A stretch of 64,000 nt of DNA, from contig CM059431.1 of assembly GCA_030390025.1 (NCBI GenBank), positions 99,202,001 through 99,266,000 on the forward strand. The letters are read 5' to 3'. The notes under the pieces are model-generated. The model saw nothing but the letters and a program-made list of their open reading frames with translations. It did not search any database and was not told the origin of the DNA. Below, piece after piece: positions 38,610-50,766 of this stretch (position 1 is its first letter; each line of letters starts with the position of its first letter). The position numbers and the translations under genes are program-made. The DNA is from Squalus acanthias (lineage: Eukaryota).

Positions 38610-40090
38610 TATTAATGACCTGGACTTGGGTATACAGGGCATCATTACAAAGTTTGCAGATGATACGAAACACAGAAATGTAGTAAAGTGAGGGGGTTAG
38701 TAAGAGACTTCAGAAAAACAGACTGGTGAAATGGGCAGACACATGGCAGATGAAATTTAATGCAGTGAAGTGCGAAGTGATACATTTTGGTAGGAAGAAT
38801 GAGGCGAAAAATATGAACTAAATGGTACAATCTTAAAGAGGGTGCAGGAACGGAGAGACCTGGGGGTGTATGTGCACAAATCTTTGAAGGTGGCAGGACA
38901 AATTGAGAAGGTTGCTAAAAAAAATATGGGATCCTTGCTTTATAAACAGAGGCATAGAGTACAAAAGCAAGGAAGTTATGCTAAACCTTTATAAAACACT
39001 GGTTAGGCTTCAGCTGGAGTATTGTGTTCAATTCGGGGTACCACACTTTAGGAAGGTTGTCAAGGCCTTAGAGAGGGTTGCAGAGATTTATTGGAATGGT
39101 TCCAGGGATGAGAGACTTCAGTTATGTGGAGAGACTGGAGAAACTGGGGTTGTTCTCCTTAGAGCAGTGAAGGTTGGAATACTGTGTGCAGTTCTGGTCA
39201 CCACACTATAGGAGGGATGTGATTGCATTGGAGAGGGTGCAGAGGAGATTCACCAGGATGTTACCTGGGCTGGAGCGCTTCAGCTATGAAGAGAGACTGG
39301 ACAGGCTGGGGTTGTTTTCCTTAGAGCAGAGAAGGCTGAGGGGGGACCTGATGGAGGTGTACAAAATTATGAGGGGCATAGATCGGGTAGATAGAAAGGA
39401 ACTTTTCCCCTTAGTAGAGGGGTCAATAACCAGGGGGCATAGTTTCAAGGTAAGGGGCAGGAGGTTTAGAGGGGATTTGAGAAAAACTTTTTCACCCAGA
39501 GGGTGGTTGGAATCTGGAACTCACTGCCTGAAAGGGTGGTAGAGGCAGGAACCCTCACAACATTCAAGAAGCATTTAGATGAGTACTTGAAACGCCATAG
39601 CATACAAGGCGAGGGACCAAGTGCTGGAAAATGGGATTAGAATAGACAGAGCTTGATGGCCGGCGCGGACACGATGGGCCGAAGGGCCTCTTTCTGTGCT
39701 GTATAACTCTATGACTCTAAGGTTAAGGGGAGATTTGATGAGGTGTTAAAAATTATGAAGGGTTTTGATAGAGTAAATAAGGAGAAACTGTTTCCACTGG
39801 CAAGGAGGATGGGAAACCAGAGGACATTTGGTAATTGGCAAAAAGCGGCGACATGAGGAAAAAAATGTTATGCAGCGCGTTGTTGTGATCTGGAACGCGC
39901 TGCCTGAAAGGGCGGTGGAAGCAGATTCAATAGCAACGTTTGAAAGGGAATTGGATAAATACTTGAAAAGGAAAAAATTGCTAGCTTATGGGGAAAGAGC
40001 AGGGGGAGTGAGAGTAATTGGAGAGCTCTTTCAAAGAGCTGGCACAGACACGATGGGCTGAATGGCCTCCTGCTGTGCTGTGTGATTCTA
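38610..40090 (+). mobile_element. CR1 LINE fragment with a second CR1 3' fragment nested at about 39175-39720
   Basis: Host sequence resumes (GGTTAAGGGGAGATTT) after the inner tail (CTATGACT). Confidence 0.8.
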
Positions 40091-40132
40091 TGAATCGCGA
40101 TAGGAGGGAGGAAACTGGCAGTTAAAGACAAT

Positions 40133-40847
40133 GGGAGAAAAATTCGGTTGCTTTGCGCCTCCCGTTAGTGCCCCGAGGGGGTGCTAATGGGGAGCAAAGC
40201 CCCTAGCGCCCGGGCGCGGCGCCGCTAACGCCTCCCGCGAAATTCAGCGGGAGGTTAGCGGCGGCGGTAGCGCCCCACGGCACTACGCCTCTGGCGATCA
40301 CGTCATGGCCGTGCGCAGCGCCCCGGCCGCAAACTTGGCTCGCGCCCCCTGACCTACCGCCGAACGCCATGTCCGGCAGGGTCAGGGTGGCGTTTTTGCG
40401 GCCGGGGTGGCGCAAATTAAAGGGCAGGTGCCAGGTGGCCATTTTTTTTGGGCTGTCTGCCAGCACCTGCCTCCTCTCGCCTCCTCCTACGGGGTGCCGG
40501 CCGCGATCTCTCCTCGAGTGCCGGGCTCTTTTGCCGGCACCCGGCTCCCCGGTGGTCCAGCAGGGCCCCGGTGTGCGCAGCGCTAGGCCCCTCCCCTTTA
40601 ATCAGGGGAGGGAGGCCTGCAGTTCCCCGGTGCTACGTGCCGACGTGCGTGGCGCTGCTACACGTAGCGCCACGATATTGAATGGGAGCGCCCCAAAGGG
40701 GAGGGAGAGCGCTTCCAGAAGCGCTCCGCCTCCTGCTTGGGGCGCTACCAATCAATTTCGGGCGCGGGGGGGGGCGCAAACTTTAACTAAAAGTAGCGCC
40801 CGGGCGAAGTTATCGCCCCAAAGGGGGTGCGAGCCAATTTTTGCCCC
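40133..40847. mobile_element. Harbinger-like MITE of the same family as 29439-30104, in opposite orientation
   Basis: Termini GGGAGAAAAATTCGG and CCAATTTTTGCCCC; 3-bp TSD AAT; internal homology. Confidence 0.75.
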
Positions 40848-41949
40848 AATGTCTTTTTAAAACCGTAATCATCCACGACTCACAAGTTAAAGTCCTACCT
40901 CTCTCCACAGATGCTACCTGACCTGCTGAGTACTTCCATCATTTTCTGTTTTTATTTCAAGTCCCAGGATTGTTACACTAAGTTCAGCTGCCAAATTCGT
41001 TTGCGTGACAGTATCAGCAAAGCTCGCACTGAGTGCACCTTCGGATTGATAAGATTTTTGTCAGCCAAGGGTATTAAGCGATATGGAGCCAAGGCGGGTG
41101 AATGGAGTTAGGATACAGATCAGTTAACCATACTATGTGGATTATTCAGTGTGTGAGAAAACTGTGTGGGGTTTGAGGGGGGTTGGGGGGAAATTCCTGT
41201 GGCGTATTATGAAAATATGTTAAAAGGAACAGGAGTACTTTGGGATTTCCCCTGCCTATTACACTAGCTAATTAACCAATGATGCTTGAAGTATAATGTG
41301 ACAGTTTTGGTCGCCTTATCTGAGGAAGGATGTTCTTGCCATGGAAGGAGTTCAGCGAAGATTCACAAGGCTGATACCTGTGATGGCAGGAATGACATAT
41401 GAGGAGAGATTGGGTTGATTGGGCTTATACTCGCTGGAGTATAGAAGAATGAGAGGGGATCTCATCGAAACATATAAAATTCTGACAGGTCTGGACAAAC
41501 TAGATGCAGGAAGAATGTTCCCGATGGCGGGGGAGTCCAGAACCAGGGGTCATAATCTAAGGATAACGGGTAAGACATTTAGGACAGAAATGAGGAAGAA
41601 TTTCTTCACCCAGAGAGTGGTGAACCTGTGGAATGCTCTACCACAGAAGGTAGTTGAGGCCAAGTCATTAAATATATTCAAGAATGAGTTAGATATATTT
41701 CTTAAAGCTAAAGGTATCAAGGGATATGGGGAGAAGGCAGGTACAGGGTACTGAGTTTGGATGATCAGCCATGATCTCATCGAATGGCGGAGCAGGCTCG
41801 AGGGGCCGAATGGCCTACTCCTGCTCCTATCTTCTATGTTTCTATGACTTGGTTGAGTTTAAAACGTAGCATATAATAATCCTCTGAATTCAAATGATTC
41901 GATTTGTTTTGGCATTAAATTCCCACATGGCTGTGATATTTACAAGAAC

Positions 41950-42563
41950 TTGCATTTATATAGAACTTTTCACCACCTCAGGACGTCCCAAATGATTCAC
42001 TGCAATGAAATACTGTTGTAATGTGAGAAACGCAGCAGCCAATTTGCGCACAGCAAGCTCCCACAAACAGCATTGTGATAATGACCAGATAATCTGTTTT
42101 AGTGATGTTGATTGGAGGGATAAATATTGGCCCAGAACACCGGGGAGAACTCCCCTGCTCTTCTTTGAAATAGTTCCAATGGAATTTTCCAAATCGACCC
42201 GAGGAGGCAGATGGTTTAACGTCTAATCCGAAAGACAGTGCGGTGCTCCCTCAGTGTTGACCCTCCGACAGTGCGGCGCTCCCTCAGTGTTGACCCTCCG
42301 ACAGTGCGGCGCTCTCTCAGTGTTGACCCTCCGACAGTTTGGCGCTCCCTCAGTGTTGACCCTCCGACAGTGCGGCGCTCTCTCAGTACTGCCCCTCCGA
42401 CAGTGCGGTGCTCCCTCAGTACTGCCCCTCCGACAGTGCGGCACTCCCTCAGTACTACACGGAGTGTCAGCCTGGATTTTGTGCTCAAGTCTCTGAAGTG
42501 GGTCTTGAACCCACAACCTTCTGACTCAGAGGTGAGAGTGCTGCCCACTGAGCCAAGACTGGC
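41950..42563 (-). repeat. Deu-SINE with a short 30-bp array (about 42235-42460)
   Basis: About 7 units; four adjacent units share a GTTGACCCTCC variant. Confidence 0.88.
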
Positions 42564-43019
42564 ACCTATGTTGCTTAATTCAAATTAATGAGTAATTCCA
42601 TTTTTTTTTAAACTGCAAAGAAATGAATCAGTAGACTGCAATTAACGTAGATGTGTAAAAAGTCCACTGGTGTCAGAAATTTCTGCTTTTAAATAAATTG
42701 GGCTCAGTGTCCAAATCCAATCAACTGAAAGTCAGCTACCGATTCTTCAGCATTAGTTCGGGTGGTCCTCTGCTCACCTGGTTTTTGAAGCATTTGAACA
42801 CTGACCTTTCAACAACATCTTCAGCTACTCGAACCCATTACTCTCCTCACCTCCCAAGGCTGGAAGATTTCACTGGCTAGTTAGCCAGAAGCAAATTACT
42901 GTTCAGCTTTGGTGAGCTGAAAAAGAGCAGCCCGCTTTGATCCCTCCAGTGCTATCTGTAAACGGAATACTGCAGGGTGATCTCCTACAAACGGCAGTAT
43001 CCTTCCCAAGAGGTAAAAC

Positions 43020-43175
43020 CAATCTTCCCTCTAATTTCTTTTTTGGGTGCACAGCCCCTTTAATGGGCTGCGCGGCCCGTTCAAATTTTCGCACATCACG
43101 CGGTTATTTACATTGAAAAGTCCGCGCGTGACCTGCGTGGGACCTCCAGACTGCTGCGTGGCCACGGGAACACTG
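43020..43175. mobile_element. Decayed hAT-like MITE
   Basis: Termini CAATCTTCCC and GGGAACACTG; imperfect 8-bp TSD GGTAAAAC/GGTAAACT. Confidence 0.5.
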
Positions 43176-45958
43176 GGTAAACTCCCTCTTCTATATTAAA
43201 TATTACATATATTTATTAAAAAAGAATGCATTTTACCGTCATTATTTCTTTGAAAAATTAAATAATTATTTGGAGAGACTGGAGAAGCCGAGATTGTTCT
43301 CCTTACAGCAGACAAGGTTAAGGGGAGATTTAATAGAGGCGTTCAAAATTATGAGGGGTTTCAATACAAGTAAATAAGGAGAAACTGTTTCCAGTGATGG
43401 GAGGGTCGGTAACCAGAGGACACAGATTGAAGGTAATTGCCAAAAGAACCAGAGGGGAGATGAGAAATATATTTACGCAGCGAGTTGTTGTGATCTGGAA
43501 TGCGCTGCCTAAAAGGGCGGTGGAAGCTGATTCAATAATAACTTTCAAAAGGGAATTGGATAAATACTTGAAAAGGAAAAATGTGCAGGGCTATGGGGAA
43601 AGAGCAGGGGGAGTGGGACTAATTGGAGAGCTCTTTCAAAGAGCCGGCACAGGCACGATGGGCCGAATGGCCTCCTTCTGTGCTATATCATTCTATGATT
43701 AGTCCCCTATTGATTTATTCCATTCAGTCGATTTGATTTATTTTAATTGGGGCATTCTGAGGTGGTGAAAGGCATGATTTAAATGTCTGATCTTTCTTGA
43801 TATAAATGTAAATTTGTTCCTTCTTAACTAATCAATATGCAGTGCAGTACTAAAAAATACATCTACATATTTTATACTTTCACACTTGGTGTAAAAGGCA
43901 AAATGTGAAATGTTCTGCAAATCATACTCTGAAAAGCCACAGTACTTTCGATAGTCTTGTCTCTTCAATTATGAAACTGAAAATTTCAGCTTGTAGCAAA
44001 TGTCACAACCTTGGGTTAAAACATTGCTGCACTAATTCTTCCCATTGTTTGTCATTTCCAATCTTCACTTGAATTTCAACAGTTTGTTTTTCCCCCTTTC
44101 TGATTCCAGGGTTCTGCAATGTTAGTCTGATTAGAATAGTTACTGTAGCTCACAAGTTCTTTGTGCAACTAATCTACATGAAACAGTAATGTAGGTCAGA
44201 CCTACGTTACAAGGTAAGCACCTTAAAACCGCAATGATCGGAGAACGAGCACTTCCTGTGAAGCTTTAAATTGCACAGTAAAGAGGTGAAAAACTTTCAG
44301 ACTCTAGTTGCAATGCAGATAAACCACATCCCGTCAAAAATTGTGTACTATCCTATAGCAATATTACGCACATTATTGAGAATATCAGTCGAGAAATGAG
44401 CAATTAAACCATATGTTACAGAAAGCAATCACCAATGCGTTTGTGACCCATGTGCACAAGAAGTCCCAAAAAGACAATGGCAGAAAGGTTTATAGATCAT
44501 TAACACGAACAGACAATGCACGCACAGGCATGACATTTTTGAAGAAGTGCAGGGGAGTTCTCCCCAGTGTCCTGGCCAATATTTATCCTTCAATCAACAG
44601 ATTATCTCGATATTATCACATTGCTGTGCGCAAATTGCGTGCCGCGTTTCCTAAATTACGACCGTGCCTGCACCTATCTGCCTTCCCGATGACCTTGTGA
44701 GATTTCTTGTGACTTTTGGCTGCTTTGGGACGTGCTGAGGTCGTGAAAGTCGCTGTACAAATGCAAGTCATTCATTCTATTCATCTACTTTGCTAAGCAT
44801 GTTCGGTGCCATGGATTAGTACGCGCATCAGGTTGGGACTGACAGCTTCGCACAGTACTGGATTGGCTATACGTCAAGTCAGTAAAACTGGCTTTTGTTC
44901 ACACTCTAAAAACACGTTCCCCTCAGGAATGAGATTGTCCGACGACAATGCACACACACATTAGTTATGAAAATTAAGATTAGAATTAGGAAGGACTAGA
45001 AGCTTGGCTTGTGCTCCCTTGCGCTTAGAAGGTTGAGTGGTGATCTAATTGAGGCACTTAAAATGATAAAAGGATTCGATAGGGCAGATACAGAGAAACT
45101 ATTTCCTCTGGTGGGGGAATTCAGAACAAGAGGACACAATCTTAAAATCAGGAAGCAGCTTTTCCACACAAAGGGTAGTGGAAATATGGAACTCGCCCCC
45201 AAATATGCTGGAGATCAATTGAAATCAAGACTGAGATTGACATTTTTATCAGGTAAAGGTATCAAGGGATATCAAAGGTGGGTAAATGGGGTTGAGGTAC
45301 AGATCAGCCATGTTCTAACTGAATGGCAGCACGGGCTCGATGGCTGAATGGCCTCCTCCTATTCCCGTAAGTGGTATCGAGTAGTTGCTTCTAATAGCTC
45401 GATAGCGCCACCGACAGGAGGTTAGTAGTATAGCAGCACCTTAAAATTCAGAAACACTTAACACGGTGAAAATAAATGCTCATTAAAATTAAGGTGGAAT
45501 CACCAGTATCTGCAAAGTACATCAGAGTTAGATTCAAAATCAGTACCTTTAAGGATCGATCACTGAATGCACTTGGGCCAACACAAATACACAGCAAGGT
45601 TCTCGCACTGTACAGGCCTACCAAATGTGCTTAAAGAAAGACTTGCATTTCTACAGCGCCTTTCACTGTCCCAAAGTGCTTTACAGCCAATGAAGTACTT
45701 TTGAAGTGTAGTCACTGTTGTAATAGTCGATATAGTCAGTCTTGAATACTTCTGCCAAAATTCCATACGTGATTACCTCCTTTGATGGGGAAGGACGGTT
45801 TTGTACAATAGCGTTGAGTAAAATACAAATTGAACTGTGAAGTTATTTGAAATACCAGTGGATCTGCTCATGGGAAGTTGCAGGATATTAATTTCTTGTA
45901 AGACAGTGCAGTCCAAATAGAATCGCTGACGAGCCCTGGGTGTGGCTACGGCGACACC

Positions 45959-46687
45959 GGGCCAGAAATTCGGGTGAGTACGCGCTGTGTACTCACCCGT
46001 AGACCCAACGAAGTGCCGGTTTCGCGCATGCACTGCGCATGCGCTGGAAACCGGAACTTCCGTTCCCCTGAAGGAAGGGGTTCAGAGGTCGAACGCGTGC
46101 GCCGGAGAGGCAGCGCGCACACAGCGAACTTCGTTTTTTTTTCAGGTTTCTCCGTGAGGGTAAGTACGGAGAAGCTGCGTGGGGAAAAAGGAGGCGCAAG
46201 GCCTGTTTTTAACAAGGTAAGTGGTGAATTAAGTACAATTTAAACATTTTTTCAACAGGTTTATCTTTTTTACATACTTTAAAGAAAGGTAAGTTTATTT
46301 TTAGCACCGTTAAAAAGTATAATTAATTTTTTCAAAAATTAAAATTTTTGTTTAAAGTAGTTAATTTATAGTTATTTTAAAAATGTGATTTTTTAAAAAT
46401 TTATTTGAAGTTTTAGTGAGGTTTTGGGGCCGATCTCTATTCATAGATTTGACAGGTCTTCCTGTCAAAATCTATGAATGGAGATTCCCTGCTCCGATTG
46501 GCTCTCCATGGCCCACGTGATCCCAGGGAACGCTTCGAACTAACTGCGCCCCTGGGATACGCGAGCAGCTGCAGGAGGCCCAGGAGCTGAATTCCACGCG
46601 GGCCCAAAGCACAACGGCAGGCGCGCTAGGTAAGTACGAGTGCGATCCTTGCACCTGCGGGAAGCCGGAGAGCCGAATTTCTGGCCC
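45959..46687. mobile_element. MITE with perfect 15-bp TIR GGGCCAGAAATTCGG
   Basis: TIRs at 45959-45973 and 46673-46687; CpG-rich subterminal regions and an AT-rich core; no TSD evident. Confidence 0.7.
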
Positions 46688-47551
46688 AAGGTTTTAGTCA
46701 CATGCACTAATTTTAGTCGAAAACACTTACACCTAATACAGGTAAATGTGCTTCACACGCGTACATTTACTTAAACATCTCCCACCAAGAGAGTAAACCA
46801 CTTACAACAATCAAAAAACACTCACACACTCTGCTTTTCGTCTTACCATTTTACCAACAAATGCACAAAAAGGTTTAAAGTTCTCATGCACCGTGCGAAT
46901 ACAAGTATTGAGATTAAATGACCTAACGATGGTGACTATTACTCATTGGTTTATTTACTAATCAGAAATGCAATTTAGCCACATCTGGCTCTGTTGCCTG
47001 TATCCTAAGTCGCTCCGAGTCCCTTTCACCCATCGCCCCCTGTGCTCGCTGACCTACATTGGCTCCTGGTCCGGCAACGCCTCGATTTTAAAATTCTCAT
47101 CCTGGTGTTCAAATCCCTCCAATGGCTTTGCCCCTCCCTATCTCTGTAACCTCCTCCAGCCCCACAACCTTCAGAGATCTCTGTACTCCTCCAATTCTGG
47201 CCTCTTGCACATCGCTCCACCATTGCCGGCCGTGCCTTCGGCTGCCTGGGCCCTAAGCTCTGGAATTCCCTCCCTAAACCTCTCCGCCTCTCTCTCCTCC
47301 TTTAAGACTCTCCTTAAAACCTACCTCTTTGACCAAGTTCCTATCCTAATATCGCCTTATGTGGCTCGGTGTCAAACTTTGATAGCACTCCTTTGAAGTG
47401 CCCTTGGGATGTTTTACTACATTAAAGGTGGTGTATAATTGTTGCTGTTGTACTGTTCAAAGGCGTGCATTTTTCAAACAGAGTCTGGGCCCTTCTCTCG
47501 AAGTTCTGCTCTAAAGAAAAGCTGCTGGTGTTCTTCTCTGACAGTTCCTAC

Positions 47552-47632
47552 CTCTTCTTCTTGCTAACGATCATGTCCATGGTCTGCAGCAATCGTCTCT
47601 CCAGAGCAAGGATATCACTGTCGGTCACATTC
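47552..47632 (-). CDS. GPR89: GPR89 exon 7 (NVTDSDILALERRLLQTMDMIVSKKK)
   Basis: Polypyrimidine tract plus AAG acceptor, GTAGGA donor, 81 nt. Confidence 0.95.
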
Positions 47633-48527
47633 CTTGGGAGGGGGGGGAAAAAAAGAGCGAAAGGCACATTACAAAAATCAGATAAAAGTCAAAGTGGGGT
47701 CTAATTTGCCCCTGTCAACATGCTTCATCAGATATGGTACAAGAACCCATGGTTGTAAAAGATAGCTCAAAATATGGTACATGGGTTTAAGATGCAAGTT
47801 TTGAAATTACACAGGTGCGTAGGATCTTCAAGTATGGCTCATTTAGCAATATTTAAAAATATTTATAATCATAGAATCCTACAGCACGGAGGAAGGCCAT
47901 TCGGTCCATCGTGCCTGTGCCGGCTCTGTGAAAGAGCTCTCCAATTAGTCCCACTCCCCCCTGCTCTTTCCCCAGAGCCCTGCAAATATTTCCTTTTCAA
48001 GTATTTATCCTTTTGAAAGTCACTATTGAACCTGCTTCCACCGCCCTGCATTCCCGATCACAACAACTCGCTGCGTAAAAACAAACTTCTCCTCATCTCC
48101 CCCCTGGTTCTTTTGGCAATTACCTTGAATCTGTGTCCTCTGGTTATTGACCCTCAAAATATACAGATTGTTATATTAAAAAAAAGTTGATAGCAAATTT
48201 AATTTAAAAAAAACCAGCTGATCTTCTGTTGCATTGCGGAGGTAAAAATAAAATCTCTCTATAGGTGCAACGCCCTCGCTACTCAACTCCCACTCATTGT
48301 CTTTAACCCTTCATCTCATTTCCGCGTATGCTTCTTTTGTCTGTTTGTCTCAGACTCTTTTCCCTCTTTCTGTAAGTCTCTGTCTCTCCGTGCCCTCTGT
48401 ATAAGTATTTCTCCCTTATGTCCCCCACCGATTTACTCAAACTTCACGCATTGCTGTGTTAGAAAATACCAGCCACACCCAGAACTGTTGTAATATTTTT
48501 CATTCTTTCACTGAAGTTAGACTCTAT

Positions 48528-49350
48528 GGGGGAAAAATTCAGTTGGTTGCGCCTCCCGTTAGCACCTTAAGAGGGCGCTAATGGGGCGCAAAGCAACTAG
48601 CGCCTGGGCGCGGCGATGTTTGCGCCGCTCGCGAAATTAACTAGACATTTTGCGGCGGCGCTAAACACTATCGCCACGATCTCCTGCGCCGGCAGATTGT
48701 GACGTCAGTCGAGTGCGCAACGCCCCGGAGCGGATATTGAGTGGCGCCCCCTGCCTTACCGCCTGCCGCTAGCAACGACAGGTTGAGGGGAGCGTTTTGC
48801 AGTCGGGAAGGGACTGGGGGAGCGCTATTTAAAGGTCACCGCTTCCTGCCTTTTATTGTTGGTGACATTTTTGCACCACGCATTCTGAGAGAGACTTCTG
48901 GAGAGATTCAACGCTGTGTGAAGGAGTTTTGGGTACTGAGCAGCACTTTGCAGGTTCATTTTGATTTGCCCTTCCTTGTATCGATTTAGAAGAGACTGTG
49001 GGGGCTGCACTCTGAGCTCTTTCCCTGGGTCTCTCCATTGTTCTTTCCAGCAGATTTGATGTACAGGTCTCTCCAGGCCGAGATTCAAGGCTGCAATGAG
49101 CAGGATGTGGATGGAAATCAAGATCAACCCTCCCCTTTAAGAACTGGCCGGCGCCAGTGTGTCTCGGCTCCATTGCTGACTGACATCACGAGCTTCGCCA
49201 GCGCTCTGAGGTAGCGCCTCGTTCCTCAGCCTTTGCGCCTTAAGACAAGTGTGTAGCGCCTGATTTAGCGCTCCAATCACCTCCAGGGGCGATAAAAGTC
49301 AAGTTTGCAGTCGGAGGCGATAATTAGTGCCAGGCGCTAATCTTTGAATA
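48528..49350. mobile_element. Related Harbinger-like element; right end uncertain
   Basis: Left end GGGGGAAAAATTCAGTTGGTTGCGCCTCCCGTTAGC homologous to 40133. Confidence 0.6.
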
Positions 49351-50007
49351 TTCCATCACGCTCCTGACTCGAGCCTCCTCTGCCCTGCACACTGACCCTT
49401 CCCTTCCCCATGGTTCAATTTTCTTCACAGGGTGGGGGCACGATGGTCTACCTTTCTGGAGTTCAGGGAGCTTTTTGGTCTCAGTGGGAGATGGGGGGGG
49501 GGGGGGGGGGGTGGGCTCAGAATTCCAGGGTGGTTGGTGTCTCGGTCAGAGATTGGGGGGGTGGGCTCAGAATTCCAGGGTGGTTGGTGTCTCGGTCAGA
49601 TTGGCAGGGTGGGCTCAGAATTCTACGGGTGCTTCTGTCTCGGTGGGGGCCGGTTTGCTACCATCAGACATAGACGCGCGCCATCGTGATTGCCGGCACT
49701 TGTCGGTTAATTGAACATTGTGCAAATCCACTGATTCAGGTTAGGACGAACCCACAGGCACCGTACCCAGGGAGGGAACCCATCACTATGAACGTAGTCT
49801 GTTCCACTGATTGGTGGGTGGAGAGGGGAGCTTTTATTGTCAAATGGGAAAAGAACGCAGACAGCCCGAAATTGAAGGTGGAGCAATGGACGTCAAAATG
49901 AAGTGGTAATTTAAATGGGTACACCCAACAAATGATTCCTGAAGTAACGATGGGGGCGTTTGAGGGTACAATGGGGCTTTACAATAAACAATCACCCACA
50001 ATCTCAC

Positions 50008-50128
50008 CTCAGAAAGTATGACATATATGTGTATGGGCAATTCACCGCACCAAAGCCTGACAACAGTGCCATTAGCGTGACACCAATGACCCCAACTCTG
50101 CTGATCAATTGCTCGATTGATAGAATAC
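50008..50128 (-). CDS. GPR89: GPR89 exon 6 ([39 protein letters not shown])
   Basis: CAG acceptor, GTGAGA donor, 121 nt; conserved [11 protein letters not shown] motif. Confidence 0.97.
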
Positions 50129-50261
50129 CTGACGGAGAGAAAGAAAACAAATCAGACACAAATGGATTCCCACGTTAAAGACGCAAGATTTTTTAAAATT
50201 TATACTGTGAAATCGCAAAACCTCACCTGTACAGATTTTACAACAAGTCCAGATAAGCAAA

Positions 50262-50502
50262 ATAAAAAAAAGCAAAATACCGCGGATGCTGGAAATCTGA
50301 AATAAAAACAGAAAATGCTGGAGATACTCAGCCGGTCAGGCAGCATCTGTGGAGAGAGAAACAGAGTTAACGTTTCAGGTCGATGACCTTTCATCAGAAC
50401 TTCTGTGAAGGGTCATCCACCTGAAACGTTAACTCTGTCTCTCTCTCCACAGATGCTGCCTGACCTGCTGAGTATTTCCAGAATTTTTTGTTTTTATATT
50501 AT
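50262..50502. mobile_element. Hairpin PLE-type insertion, family B, carrying a hammerhead motif
   Basis: Inverted arms, one-sided tail, TSD ATAAGCAAA at 50253-50261 and 50503-50511. Confidence 0.78.
50365..50401 (-). ncRNA. Minimal hammerhead ribozyme motif (family B)
   Basis: AGTT-CTGATGA-A-AGGTC-atc-GACCT-GAAA-CG-TT-AACT; stem I AGTT/AACT, palindromic ACGT stem III. Confidence 0.75.
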
Positions 50503-50652
50503 ATAAGCAAAGTAAAACCCAGATTTAAGATAAAGCCTCTAGAAGACGTCAGAATGGTTTTAAAAACATATGCCTAAGACCATTCGAATTAGAAATAAAA
50601 TGTCACAGTGCTTTAATATTACTATTGATAGAACACTGTGATGTATGGAGAG

Positions 50653-50766
50653 CATGATGCGGAGATGCCGGTGTTGGACTGGGGTGGACAAAATTGAGAG
50701 GTCGCACAACACCAGGTTATAGTCCAACAGTTGGACTATAACCTGGTGTTGTGCGACCTCTCAATT
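50653..50766. mobile_element. Tiny PLE family A hairpin insertion with a perfect 37-bp inverted repeat
   Basis: Arms 50692-50728 and 50730-50766 with a 1-nt spacer; TSD ATGTATGGAGAG at 50641-50652 and 50767-50778. Confidence 0.88.

Noticed and set aside
40369..40860. GC-rich ORFs or a second gene promoter (also 29400-29940, 45946-46243)
   Set aside because: They lie within TIR-bounded repeated elements and show no recognisable protein motifs or splice structure.
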